In this document: positions 38,884 through 50,330 of the stretch, one piece after another
Numbering within the stretch: position 1 is the first letter of the stretch
Layout: each line of letters begins with the position of its first letter
Assembly (NCBI RefSeq): GCF_006345805.1
Contig: NC_043006.1
Coordinates: 41,850,001-41,914,000, forward strand
Length of the DNA stretch: 64,000 nucleotides
Reading direction: 5' to 3'
Source of the DNA: Octopus sinensis
Lineage: Eukaryota
Made by a program: the position numbers and the translations under genes
Notes under the pieces: generated by a model
The model's database searches: none
Told to the model about the DNA's origin: nothing
Seen by the model: only the letters and a program-made list of their open reading frames with translations

Positions 38884-39337
38884 TTAAAAATTATACTATA
38901 ACCATGTAAGTGTGCGTATTTTCCGTTTTTATTTTTCTTATATACATTACAATCCACCACGTGGGGACAACCGAAATTCCTCTTTTCTGTTACTACTATA
39001 TATTATATGGAGAGAGAGAAATGAAAAGCAGTTAGGAGACCATACAAATTTTAAATCATATTTTAAAGAAGTAAATAAACCACAGAAGTATATTTAAGAG
39101 AATATTTAATAAAATATTACCGGCTTCGATGAATTCATCTTAACAAATGTTAGAAATATGAGAAAGAATTTTGGAGGGAGTCAGTGAGAAAAAATATTTT
39201 GGGGGTGGTTTGAAAGTTTGTAACTAATTTTTAGTTCTAGAATTTGGGTACAAACTGTTAAACCCCAACAAAAATGATTTTCTCTCTGACTCCAACAAAA
39301 CTTCTTTCTCATATTTTTAATATTTGATAAGATGAAT

Positions 39338-39398
<61 letters not shown>

Positions 39399-39405
39399 TC
39401 ATTTG

Positions 39406-39791
39406 CTCTTTTACTTGTTTCAGTCACTTGACTGTGGCCATGTTGGAGCACCGCCTTTAGTCGAAGAAATCGGCCCCAGGACTTATTTTTGTAAGCCTAG
39501 TACTTATTCTATCGGTCTCTTATTGCCGAACCACTAATTTACGGGGACGTAAACACACCAGCATCGGTTGTCAAGCGATATTGGAGGGGTACAAACACAG
39601 ACACACAAACATACACACACATATATATACGACGGGCTTCTTTCAGTTTCAGTCTACCAAATCCCCTTACAAGGCTTTGGTTCGCCCGAGGCTATAGTAG
39701 AATATACTTGCCCAAGGTGCTACGCAGTGGGACTGAACCGGAACCATGTGGTTGGTAAGCAAGCTACTTATCGCACAGCCACCCCTTCGCC
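39406..39791 (-). mobile_element. Family B CORE-like SINE, full length
   Basis: Reverse complement of the family B consensus from the head (ggcgaaggggtggctgtgcgataagtagcttgcttacc) to the tail (tgactgaaacaagtaaaagag). Confidence 0.9.
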
Positions 39792-39985
39792 TATATATAT
39801 ATATGTATAATTGCATTTGCTTCATGAACTTATATAGTATTTTTTTATCACCCAACCTCGTTGTTTTATAAATCGGAATGAAGTTGTAGCCCCACGTAAT
39901 TTTTCAATAAATGGCTGTACGTTTGTGTGCATGCATGCGCGCGTGTATCTATGTGTGTGTGTGTGTATGTATGTGTGTGTGTGTA

Positions 39986-40026
<41 letters not shown>

Positions 40027-41282
40027 TGTGTGTGTTCATGTTCATTATTGCTTCTTCTTTGTGTGGAAGTAGAGATGGTAGAGATACAGTGCACGAGAAG
40101 AGCAATAGTATATAGAGTAAAACTGTATGCGGTTATTACTTGGGGAAGTTAAGGAGAAATTTAACGTACATCAAACATCATTTCATAGTGTAAAAAAATT
40201 GTAACCATCCATTTTAAATGTAAGATATAAGACCCTCTTAGTGTAATGATTGGTATTTTTTACCCGGTCAATAACGGATACCCATAAAGAATTGAAAGGA
40301 AATGTTCATTTTATTTCTAGAGATATCCATTTTCGAGTCGTTCTTTTGAATAAGTTTCAATTTGATATTATAGCATGCGTATTGGGTTTGTTTTCTTCTT
40401 TAATGTATAAATGCTTTATAAATTACACGATTTTCCCCCCATATCCAACAACTTCGACCCTATGAATCTTTCAGTGTGATTTTAATTTTCATTTTAAGAA
40501 CCATAAAAAAATAAACCCCATTTATTTTGAGTAGTTCTTTATATTCTCATTCTAAGTTTTCAAATTAATGTTTTGAATGAAACAAAAGGGATTCCGCTGC
40601 GAGCATTTTCGAGAAAGCTTCCATCATTTACAACGTTAATTGAATTCAGGCTTCAATGAAGACGAAAGTGTGAAGGCGTGAAAAGCAATCACATTGACTT
40701 ACTAAAAAAAAAAAGAAAATTCCGTAATTGAAATGGGATTTCTCTGAAGAATTCACAGACTGGGATTGGCACCAGGTTATCAACTAATTTGTTATGTATA
40801 AATGAGGAGAATACCTAAGTTAAAATAGTAAGCTGAATAATATCGCTAAGCTCTGATTACTACATGCCTGATTAAACCGTTAGCTGAAGGTGTCATTCGA
40901 TGCAACGTTTTCTTTAAAAATATTTTTCCTAAACGCTGGCTCCTACGTAATGATTTTGGTAGATGCTTTTCATTTTTTCTGTTTTGTTTTGAAGATCCAA
41001 CTATTTTAACAAATAGTTCTAATCACAAACCATTTGAATGCCTCAATTTAAAATATACTTCAAGTGTACTTGCTTGTAAACATGCCATTAAGATTCCTTT
41101 GAATTACTATCTAAGAAGCAAGAGAAATAAAAATCAGAGTTGCATTGCCTCATACAGAAGCCACATAAACTAGACCTTCTTGAAAGTACCTTGATAGTTA
41201 GGTAATAATATGTCATAAATGAATAACAGAAACAGATGTAGAGAAATTTGGAATATCTAATTCATCGCTACAGTACCAAAAT

Positions 41283-41453
41283 AGATCTATATTTAAGAGA
41301 TGAGGAATTATGTACATTATTTACATTTGACGGATATTTGTTTTCATCTTGTTTTTTCTTAACCACTACACCATATGCCCGTGGACATATGGCGTAGTGG
41401 TTAAGAGCGCGGGCTACTAACCCCAAGGTTCCGAGTTCGATTCCAGGCAGTGA

Positions 41454-41494
<41 letters not shown>

Positions 41495-41647
41495 GTAATA
41501 ATAACAACATCGAAAAATACCTTTGAATGAGAACCCGGGTTCGAAATTTCCCCAAGACACCTGATGAAGCTGGAGGGTATATCAGCCGAAACGTTGTGTT
41601 AACAACAAACAATATGAGGACAAATATCCGTCAAATATAAACAATGC
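41283..41647 (+). mobile_element. Family E: tRNA-headed SINE-like element with (AAT)n spacer and HHR tail, preceded by an inverted tail+head fragment
   Basis: Head 41381-41455 has an A-box (TGGCGTAGTGG), a B-box (GAGTTCGATTCC) and an anticodon-like loop CT-ACT-AA. (AAT)n at 41458-41505; HHR at 41556-41600; inverted segment at 41283-41380. Confidence 0.85.
41556..41600 (+). ncRNA. Minimal type-I hammerhead (canonical CUGAUGA/GAAA core)
   Basis: GACAC-CTGATGA-aGCTG gagggtatat CAGCc-GAA-ACGT-T-GTGTT: stem I 5 bp including G:U, palindromic ACGT stem III, GUU site, A.C mismatch at the base of stem II. Confidence 0.75.
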
Positions 41648-41869
41648 AGATCTTATTCCATTTAAAACGGGTTAGTCGCTAATGCTAGATTTTTAATTTC
41701 CTGTCTATAAGTCGTTGAAATGTTTATTAATTAAATGTGGTTACCCTTACATTTAAACAATCTCTCTGGTGTGATAGGAACTATAAGACTCTCATGAGAT
41801 ATATCAGTAGATTCTTGCATTTGAATAATACAAAATAGCTATTCTAGTAAAAGCTATATATTTATACTT

Positions 41870-41995
41870 TTCTACTCTAGGCACATGGCCCGAAATTGTG
41901 GGGGAGAGGGCCAGTTGATTATATCGACCCCTGTATGCAACTGGTACGTAATTTGTCGACCCCGAAAGGATGAAAAGAAAAGTCGTCCTCGGCAG
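41870..41995 (-). mobile_element. Family A SINE fragment
   Basis: gcaactggtacgtaatttgtcgaccccgaaaggatgaaaagaaaagtcgtcctcggc. Confidence 0.75.
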
Positions 41996-42145
41996 AAAAA
42001 GCTATATATTTATGCAACTGTATCTCCATAGTTTTTGTATCAGGCTCCAAGCTATGGAATGAAATCAGAGAAATCGTCCATGAGAGATACAACATTTCTA
42101 ATATTTATTCTAATATTAAAGATTAATGAGTATTGGTCGACCTGC

Positions 42146-42482
42146 GAACGCGCATGGCTCAGTGGTTAGAGCGTCGAGCTTACGATCGCGAGGTTTTGAG
42201 ATCGATTCCCGTACCGGGCTGTGTGTTGTGTTCTTGAGCAGGACAATTTATTACACGTTGCTCCAGTTTACTAAGCTGTAGAAATGAGTTGCGACGTCAC
42301 TTGCGCCAAGCTGCATCGGCCCTTTCGTTTCCCTTGGATAACATCAGTTGTGTGGAGAGGGGAGGCTGGTATGCATGGGCGACTGCTGGCTTTCCATGAA
42401 CAACCTTGCCCGGACTTGTGCCTCGGAGAGTAACTTTCTAGGTGCAATACCATGGTCATTCATGACCGAAGGGGGTCTCCCA
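42146..42482 (+). mobile_element. tRNA-derived SINE, family D
   Basis: gcgcatggctcagtggttagagcgtcgagcttacgatcgcgaggttttgagatcgattccc...gtgttcttgagcaggaca. A-box TGGCTCAGTGG. Confidence 0.8.
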
Positions 42483-43334
42483 TTCGTCGAACTACTACGT
42501 GACGGTATATCAGCAACAAAATGGTTGGATTTGTACCTTGATTAGAAGCATTTATTATGCTAATAAGGGCGGTGGAAGAACAAAAACTGTAGAATGCCAG
42601 ACCAAAACTTTTCGTATTTATTAAGAATAATTTGATGAAATACTACTTCAAAACTGATTACGATATAAGTGACTAGGTACGTTCCCCAATTTTGTTTCTT
42701 TTTACCTATAAGAATCTATAGTTAACTAGCTGTTAACTAGTATGTATGTATCAATAATTATCTCAGATACCATCAGCCAGTACATCTGTGTGGCCGAAAG
42801 ATTTATTGGGAAACTAAAGAAAGCACGCAAAGTTGGAGATTTACAAGAATCTATTCATTTATTTTATTTTAGTCAAAGTGACAGGAACATGATATAGTTT
42901 TGTATTTACCTGATTTAAGCGTGTGACATTTTGACAGTAAGATCGATCGGTCCAAAAGATAGAGTTTCATTTCATCTGTGGCTTTTTTGATTGGACAGTA
43001 AAATGAATGGTTCATATAATGTAAAATTACTTTTGTTATGTCTTTAGTTATCACGTGCCATGGCTTATGCAGAGGTGATAAGGGTTAGTGTCATCCAAAC
43101 AGTGATGAAAGTCAGAATGTATGTTTTAGCATCGTTTTATTCTTCAGGAAAACCTTTGATTAAAAGCAAATGAAGAATCTTTACAGAAATTATTTGTAAA
43201 GTATGACAGGACTTATTACCTATTATCTATTACCTATCTGGATGCTTATGATGGAAAACACTCAGATGAACTTGGGACTTTTTACGTAAATTATTCAAAC
43301 ATGTGATGAAAGAAGACGTTTTAACGATTCCGAG

Positions 43335-44010
43335 ATTGATTGACTTGACCTTTCACTCTTTCGAGCCAATAAAATAAGTACCAGCCGAGCACTTGTTTCA
43401 ATATTATCGACTTACCCGTTACTCCAATATTCTAGGCTTTGTGCCTATTTCAGAGAGTTATTTTACACTCATTTGTGCGCTATATATTATTCTTCTATAC
43501 TCATTCTAAAAGTTCTGTGTTCAACTCAAAAGCCGCATTAAGTCTGAAGCATGCCTGGAGTCGCCACAGTACAACCAAAGAACAGACACACTCCCCATTA
43601 CGTTCTATAATTAAGCTTAAAGAATTTATATTCCATATTTCCTCATCTGTCATTCTTGGCCAGATTAAATCGTTTTTATAATAAATTTTCGCTCTTCAGC
43701 ATGGGGTATAATTGTTTGCTAATTAAAGTAAATTATCTTGCTTAACTCTCTGACCAACCTATTAATACTCTGTTGGAATTAATTAATATGCTAGTTTCTT
43801 TTGATAATGTATAGAAAACAGATTTTGGATTTCATCATAAACTGATGATACGACGGCAAGCTGGCATTTCGTCCGTCTTAACCTTCTAAGTTCAAATTCC
43901 ACCGAGGTCGACTTTGCCCTTCAACCTTTCAGTGTTGATAAAATGAAGTACCAGTTGCGCATGTGCGCCCCAGAATTTCTGGCTTTGTGGCTATAGTAGA
44001 AAGTACTATT
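43335..44010 (+). mobile_element. Two family A SINE fragments (43335-43450 and 43852-44010)
   Basis: gttcaaattccaccgaggtcgactttgccc and aaaataagtaccag. Confidence 0.65.
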
Positions 44011-46199
44011 AACTGATGATAGCGTAATATTTGATGTAAAAGAGGTAGAGTTATAACAGCTAGTCAGTATATTACTTTGTATGAAATTTGTTGTATATGT
44101 AAGGATTTCTTGATCAGCTATTGATCAAGCATAGATATAGCGCTACCTGGCATTAAGTTGGTACATTGTAGCATAAGAAAAAATGACTGCATTATATTCT
44201 AGAGAAATCACTGCGACAATTTAAATGGTTTCATTGCTCTATTATATAATATTTATTTTACTTATCAAAACGCAATTTTACTGAGATAGTGGAGATAAGC
44301 AATGGCGCTGGCCGGCTTTGTGTCTTACAATAGAATTCACATTAATTGACAAGGTTTTGCTTAAATTTGATATAACAATTTATTTTCAAGATTTGTAAAA
44401 ATCCTTTTAAGCTGACAGTTTTTTCCCTTTTCCTTTACAAAGTAATAACATATTTACTTCATTTTCATGTACAGAGAAATACATTATTTTAAAATTTTCA
44501 ATTAAAATATTTTTAGAATCAAATCAAATATCTTGAAATTACTATTTTCGTTTTCCACCTCTCAAGGGTAAAGTGTCCATTATGAAAACGTTTGAATAAA
44601 GAATCCATTGCAAAATTCTTCATAAACCTTTCCATTGCTATATATTCTTTCTTTCGTTTTACATTTCTTTGCAAAATTACTGACGGGGGAAAGAATACAA
44701 GTTAGACTGTTCACTTGTGAGTGTTGATATGAAAAATAAGTTTAATTAGAAGTGATTCCAGTCAATTGATTTTTATTGAAGGTGGAGAATAAAACCTTGA
44801 AATAGAATAAAAGTAAATTAAGCAATTGACAACATGGTTCTCTTGAAATGTCAAGAAATGAAATATCTTAGAGAAATCATATTGAAATTATAGTTTTATA
44901 TCATTTTTGTTATTTCATTTCTTTATTACTTTCTTCGTTCATTTGTGATACAAGTGGAGCGACTTAAATATTTCCAAATGTATAATTCTCTGTGTGGTTG
45001 TTTACGCATATGTGTCAACGCATACGTATTTATGTGAGTTCTAATATTTGCCATTGCATAATATGGTGCATTTTATATTCCTTTCATCCTCCCAGTTATT
45101 GTGGAATATAGCTGGGTATATTCAGTTCTATGCATTATTTCGCTCGGAACGAAAACAATACTGAACACGTCTTGTAGTCCCTAAGATTACACGACAAACT
45201 CCACTGGATATGTTCCGCTGTCAAGTACATAACATTAAACCTGTAGGTTATTGTGTTGGTTATATCTGAAGTCAGCTAGGTGGAATCTGTCAAAAATGTG
45301 CCAGTTGCTTACCCTCTACGTTTATTAAGGGCAGTAAGCACTTCAGCAAAAATCAGACTCTATTTAGTCTGTTTATTTTGCTGTTATTACTGTACCCATG
45401 TGCTCATCTATAGGATGAAAAGCGGAGATATTGTATTTTGTTATGTATAGTGATGTTCTTTGATGTTGTATATATATGCCTGGGGTTTCGAAATGGTTTT
45501 TCTTACAGGGATTGTGAATGTAAGGAGATAGATGCATGCTGTTGTACCAAACTGTACCCGTGGCATAATTCTGTAGTCTTTCGTTCCAGTACTTTCATTC
45601 TGTTGCATGCACGGTCTATGTACAACCTGTCATGTTATACAGTGTGCCGATTTGTATTCTTTCCTGCTTATTGTGTGTTTGTGGAAAGACAATGGGATGG
45701 AAAGCTCTAGTATAACCCATGATCGATTTGATGGGGTTTTTTTTCTGTTGGCCAAAACGTTAATGTGAATGCTAAAGAAAACTTCAGAAATGTTACATTT
45801 TAAGAGAGTTATGTGAATCAGTTATCTTACTCGTATTTAAGGTTTTTTTCCCCATCTTCAACAACATCCAGTTGACTGGGTGTCACTTCAGATTTCACTT
45901 GTATTTAAGTCAACTCACGGAATAGAATACCACAAAGATCCGTCTTCAAGCCTATCATTTTCAGTCCATAACTAAACGACCTTCTCAAACTCTGAGAAAT
46001 GCATACAGTCTTATGCACAGATATCACCACAATGTCATACTCTTACCTTTATGCAAACACCAAGCGCTTGCATTTGTATTGATTTTGAAGGCTTTAGTTG
46101 TATATTGAACATAATTAAGGTGTGTTGTACAAGATTGTTTTCCTTGATATGAACCGTATTTAAACAGTTCAAAAAGACAACGTTGATTTAGCCCATTTC

Positions 46200-46640
46200 T
46201 AGGATGTTGTCGGAATCTGTATTCCTGAAATTGGCACAAGGTTGTCGTGGGATGCTTAAATATATTGCACGACGTTGATGTTTGTATGTTAAGTGTTACG
46301 AAGTGGGTCGTTGTTCGAGATGACGTTAAATGTTTAGAAGGAAGAGTGTGGAGATCTAATGAATGTATTGAGAAACAACAAAATATTTGAAAACATTGTA
46401 TCTGCAAGATCTGACAGAAAATTACCGATCCAAGTCATGCGAAACGACTTTAAAATGTTTGAAACAATGTTATTGTTAAGCACATGTTGAGATGTGACGT
46501 TTGCGTTCAACACATCTTTCGAAAATATCGCGTGCTCTATAATACCATTATATGAGAAATCAATGATGTGTACATGTATAAGTGCGAAAATAGTTGATAT
46601 ATCCAAGCGCATGATATGAGATTTTGCAAATAACATTATA
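46200..46640 (-). pseudogene. Possible degenerate leucine-rich-repeat coding fragment
   Basis: ORF 46334-46636 contains IIDFSYNGII, VLNNNIVSNI and IGNFLSDLADTMFSN (LxxLxLxxNxI-like); after a frameshift, HSLDLH. Confidence 0.35.
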
Positions 46641-47239
46641 TATTTTAAGATTACTCATCTTAAGAGAATATCGCCAACAAATATTTACATGTAGACTAAA
46701 TTCCGTTGAAGTTATCAGTTTCATCGAGGGTCTCTCATCAGGATAAGTAAAACTTATTTGACTGAATTCGAGAAAAGAACTTTTAATTGTAATTTGTGGT
46801 TAATAATGCTCTTATTAACCCCACTACTCATACTCGTACGTTAACAACTATATTATGGTGAGTGAAGGTTTCCATGCATTTACCATGCATTTCAGAAACA
46901 ATTTATCAACAAAGCAAATTATTCCATTTTTCTCCCTTTCTCGTCCATTTACATTGACACAACATTAATTCTAAGGACTTTTTTACGATAGAAGCATTAG
47001 CGCAATTTAATTATCCTCATTTTCTAAATGAGATAAAGGGATATAGATAGTATATAGGTTATTGCAGGAACTTTTATTATTATTTCACTGTATCGTGATA
47101 ATATATCTGATTAGATAATCAAATTAAATAGCAATGATATTCATAATAAAATCGTCCTATATTTTATAGGAAACTGGAAACGAACTTTCGTAGCTGAAAA
47201 TGTTAGAATAAATTAATAGGCTATTTACCCCCCCCGCCC

Positions 47240-47698
47240 CCCAAAAAACCTTAGCAGCTTTTAGTCACCAGGAGACGACATCGTGTTCCCAGATTAAACA
47301 AGGTTATTCCCAAGTTGTTGCTGATGTTGCTGTTGCTGTTGAGCGAAGCGGTCTTCGTCCCCTTGGGAGAAGTCCAAAACGTGGTCCTTTGCTATTCCTA
47401 AGACCCACAGAAGAAAAAGCAGGTCAACCCCCGACACAGAGAGCATCGACGGATGGATGAATGCGTATCCAGGCTCAGTGGTTGCGTAGGGAGTCGGGGA
47501 CAAGAAACAGGAAGAAAGAGTGAGAGAAAGTTGTAGCGAAAAAGTACAACAGGGTTCGCCACTACCCCATGCCGGAGCCTCGTGGAGCTTTAGGTGTTTT
47601 CGCTCAATAAACACACACAACGCCCGATCTGGGAATCGAAACTGCAATCCTCCGACCGTGAGTCCGCTGCCCTAACCATTGGGCCATTGCGCCTCCAC
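47240..47698 (-). mobile_element. Family C SINE (3' boundary uncertain)
   Basis: Head and body match 34307-34520 on the opposite strand. Confidence 0.8.
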
Positions 47699-47769
47699 TT
47701 GTTGTTGCTGCATTCTACGCGTATGTATAAATGTATATAAAATCATTACCATTATTACAATTATCATTA

Positions 47770-48165
47770 AGGCGGTGAGTTGATAGAAACGTTAGCACGC
47801 CGGGCGAAATGCTTTGTGGTATTTCGTCCGCCGCTGCTTTCTGAGTTCGAATTCCGCCGAGGTCGACTTTGCCTTTCATCCTTTTGGGGTCGATTAAATA
47901 AGTACCAGTTACGCACTGGGGTCGATATATTCGACTTAATCCGTTCGTTTGTCCTTGTTTGTCCCGTCTGTGTTTAGCCCCTTGTGGGTAGTAAAGAAAT
48001 AGGTATTTCGTCTGCCTTTATGTTATGAGTTCAAATTCTGAAGAGGTTGACTTTGCCTTTCATCCTTTCGCAGTCGATTAAATAATGTTAGTTACGCACT
48101 GGGATCGATGTAATCGACTTTACCTCTTCCCCAGAATTTGAGGCCTTGCGCTTCCAGTAGAAATA
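47770..48165 (+). mobile_element. Family A SINE dimer
   Basis: Same gtgggtagtaaagaaataggtatttcgtctgcc junction as the other dimers. Confidence 0.88.
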
Positions 48166-48369
48166 ATTATTACAACTATTATTATTGTAGTTTTATTTCT
48201 CAGAGCGCTCGGTCTTATTTGCTCTGGCTGATTCTGCGAGGGCGGACAACTGCCGGTTGTCAGAGATCTCACAGGGTCTCTTTCCTCGGGTCATAAGCTT
48301 TTATAATCAGTTGTTAATTATCGCGGAAGGCATTCAACACCGAAGTGCCAATCTCGAAATCCTAGCTGT

Positions 48370-48870
48370 CCCCAAAAGAACAAATACTAATAATCAATAT
48401 GATAATAGACGAATGCTGCTATCTCTCAAGGATCCTTTCGATGAGAACTTGCGTCAAATTTTCGACCTAAAACCTGTCTACCACTAATGTGGAAGCTTAT
48501 AACCGGTGTCTTGGCGGAAGAGTTATACAATCATCTGGAAAGTAACAACCTACTTCCAGAAGAACAGAAAGGATGCAGGAACAAAGTAGGGCAAAAAAAA
48601 GATCATTTATGAGTTGATAAAATGATAATTAGAAAATATAGACGCAGATTGACGGGACTGAATGTAGCATGGCAAAGTTATAATAATGCATATGACATGT
48701 AACACACAGTTGGATAAGTAAAACAATGAGCATGTTTGGAATAGAAAAAAAAAACATAGAGAAAATAATCAATGAATGTATGAAACACTGGAAGACACAA
48801 GTGATCGGGGGAAAGAAAAAACTTGGAAGAGAGAACATCAGAAGTGGAATATTCTAAGGTGATGTCAAAG
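48370..48870 (+). mobile_element. Degenerate R4/Dong-like reverse transcriptase fragment
   Basis: [41 protein letters not shown]...VDKMII...LNVAW..YNNAYDM...NIRSGIF*GD, with stops and frameshifts. Confidence 0.8.
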
Positions 48871-49894
48871 GAGTTATTGATGAAAACGGAACTTTGGGCC
48901 ACGCTAGGTTTTTATAAATTGTAGGTTAAAGGGACTGTTATGGCTACAAGAAATGAGAGATGCATGAAGCCTATAGATGGGAATTTTTACCAAAATGTAT
49001 GTGTACGAGATAGGTTGCAATGCTTTGCCAAAAGTGAATCTGATTTATATAAGCTGTAATTACGAATACTTAAAAGAAGGAGCGAGTCGAATTTTATTAA
49101 TAACTGTCTGCGTTTTAGTAGTCCGTCAACAGGGTTAGAGAGAATGAAGTATATTGAAGCGTGTTCCCAAAGCCTAGAACATACATGTATTCTTGCAGAA
49201 TGGAGGAAAGAGTGGGCAACAGTAAAGTCTGATGAGGGTGAGTACTGAAAGTAATGGCAGTGACATTGTTAACTAGAAGTGATTCTGGGTGCTTCCGTAC
49301 ATGGTGTTTGTGTATATGTATGTGTTTTTGCGTGAGTTCATGTGTATATATATGTGTGTGTGTTCGCTTGTGAAGGGTGTGTATGTGTACGTGTGTATGT
49401 ATATGTCGTAGTGAGCTTGGAAGAATAGAAAGGTGTAGTTCGAAGATTTGCATGTTGTGAGCCAAGCAAAATCCCTGGAATATGGGCACCAAATATAAAA
49501 CTTTATTTTCTTAAGTCATGTTAGACAAAGTATGCTCTCCCTTGTATTTTACAAGGTCCTTATTATGCTGTATATTTTCATTCAAAATTTTCTGCCAGTA
49601 TAATTTCATCTTATCGTTGTTGGTTTTCCATCCGATGTTATGGATTATTCACGGATATCTCAATAGACAATGTTGATATACATTTCAATTATATCCTACA
49701 AGAGGCTTTTATTCCAGATTATTTCTTTTAAATCATTGCTAGGATCAACTGTCTAATCTTTCTGTTAGTTCCATTATCACTTACCTTTCTTTGTAGCCAT
49801 CTTAATAAATGCTTTGTTTCATTATTTCGTACGTTCCATTTCTATTTCAATGAAACAGGAACGTCTTCTTTTCATTCTATAATTTATATCCGCC

Positions 49895-49962
49895 CAGTAA
49901 TTCAGAACCTGGAACCATATAGTTCGTAAGCAAGCTATTTACCACACAGCCACTCCTACTCC
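49895..49962 (-). mobile_element. Family B SINE head
   Basis: ggagtaggagtggctgtgtggtaaatagcttgcttacgaactatatggttccaggttc. Confidence 0.75.
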
Positions 49963-49973
49963 TAAATGTGTAA

Positions 49974-50092
49974 CGCTTACAATACCTAGGTTTCTCAAGC
50001 GGTCACCCATATAAGTACTAACTAGGCTCGACGTTGCTTAACTTCGGTGATCAGACGAGAACCGGTGCTTTCAACGTGATATGGCCGTAAGC
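49974..50092 (-). pseudogene. 5S rRNA pseudogene (full length, mutated box C region, no oligo-T terminator)
   Basis: Minus strand: GCTTACGGCCATATCACGTTGAAAGCACCGGTTCTCGTCTGATCACCGAAGTTAAGCAACGTCGAGCCTAGTTAGTACTTATATGGGTGACCGCTTGAGAAACCTAGGTATTGTAAGC. Helix I GCUUAC/GUAAGC pairs. Confidence 0.9.
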
Positions 50093-50099
50093 ATTGATA

Positions 50100-50330
50100 A
50101 CTTTTGTCGAAATCTTATGTAACGAGAACGTAAACAAACCAAAACTAGTTGTCGTATGGTGTGGGGGAGGCAAACAGAGGCACAAACGCTCACATACGCA
50201 TACACAAACATATAATGGGCTGCCAGAAAGAATATGTCTGCCAAACTCACTCACAAGATATTGTAAACGACTCTTGCCCAAACAGTCGCACAATGGTACT
50301 GAACTCGATACCATGTAGTTGCAAAGCATA
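50100..50330 (-). mobile_element. Family B SINE, 3'-truncated, abutting the 5S copy
   Basis: Minus strand: catggtatcgagttcagtacc...ttgggcaagag...gtttacgttctcgttacataagatttcgacaaaag. Confidence 0.65.

Larger units (their letters stand above)
38512..38944. mobile_element. Fold-back element (~205-bp arms, ~23-nt spacer) with one HHR-like motif per arm
   Basis: 38514-38716 is the reverse complement of 38740-38942, with a few substitutions. Confidence 0.9.

Noticed and set aside
46700-46750. Minus-strand CTGATGA-gagaccctcgat-GAAAC-t-gataa
   Set aside because: It has the core and a possible stem I, but no room for stem III or a cleavage triplet; at best a deleted relic.
49974-50092. Functional 5S rRNA gene
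   Set aside because: It is a solitary copy between SINE pieces, with several substitutions in the box C/3' region and no oligo-T terminator.
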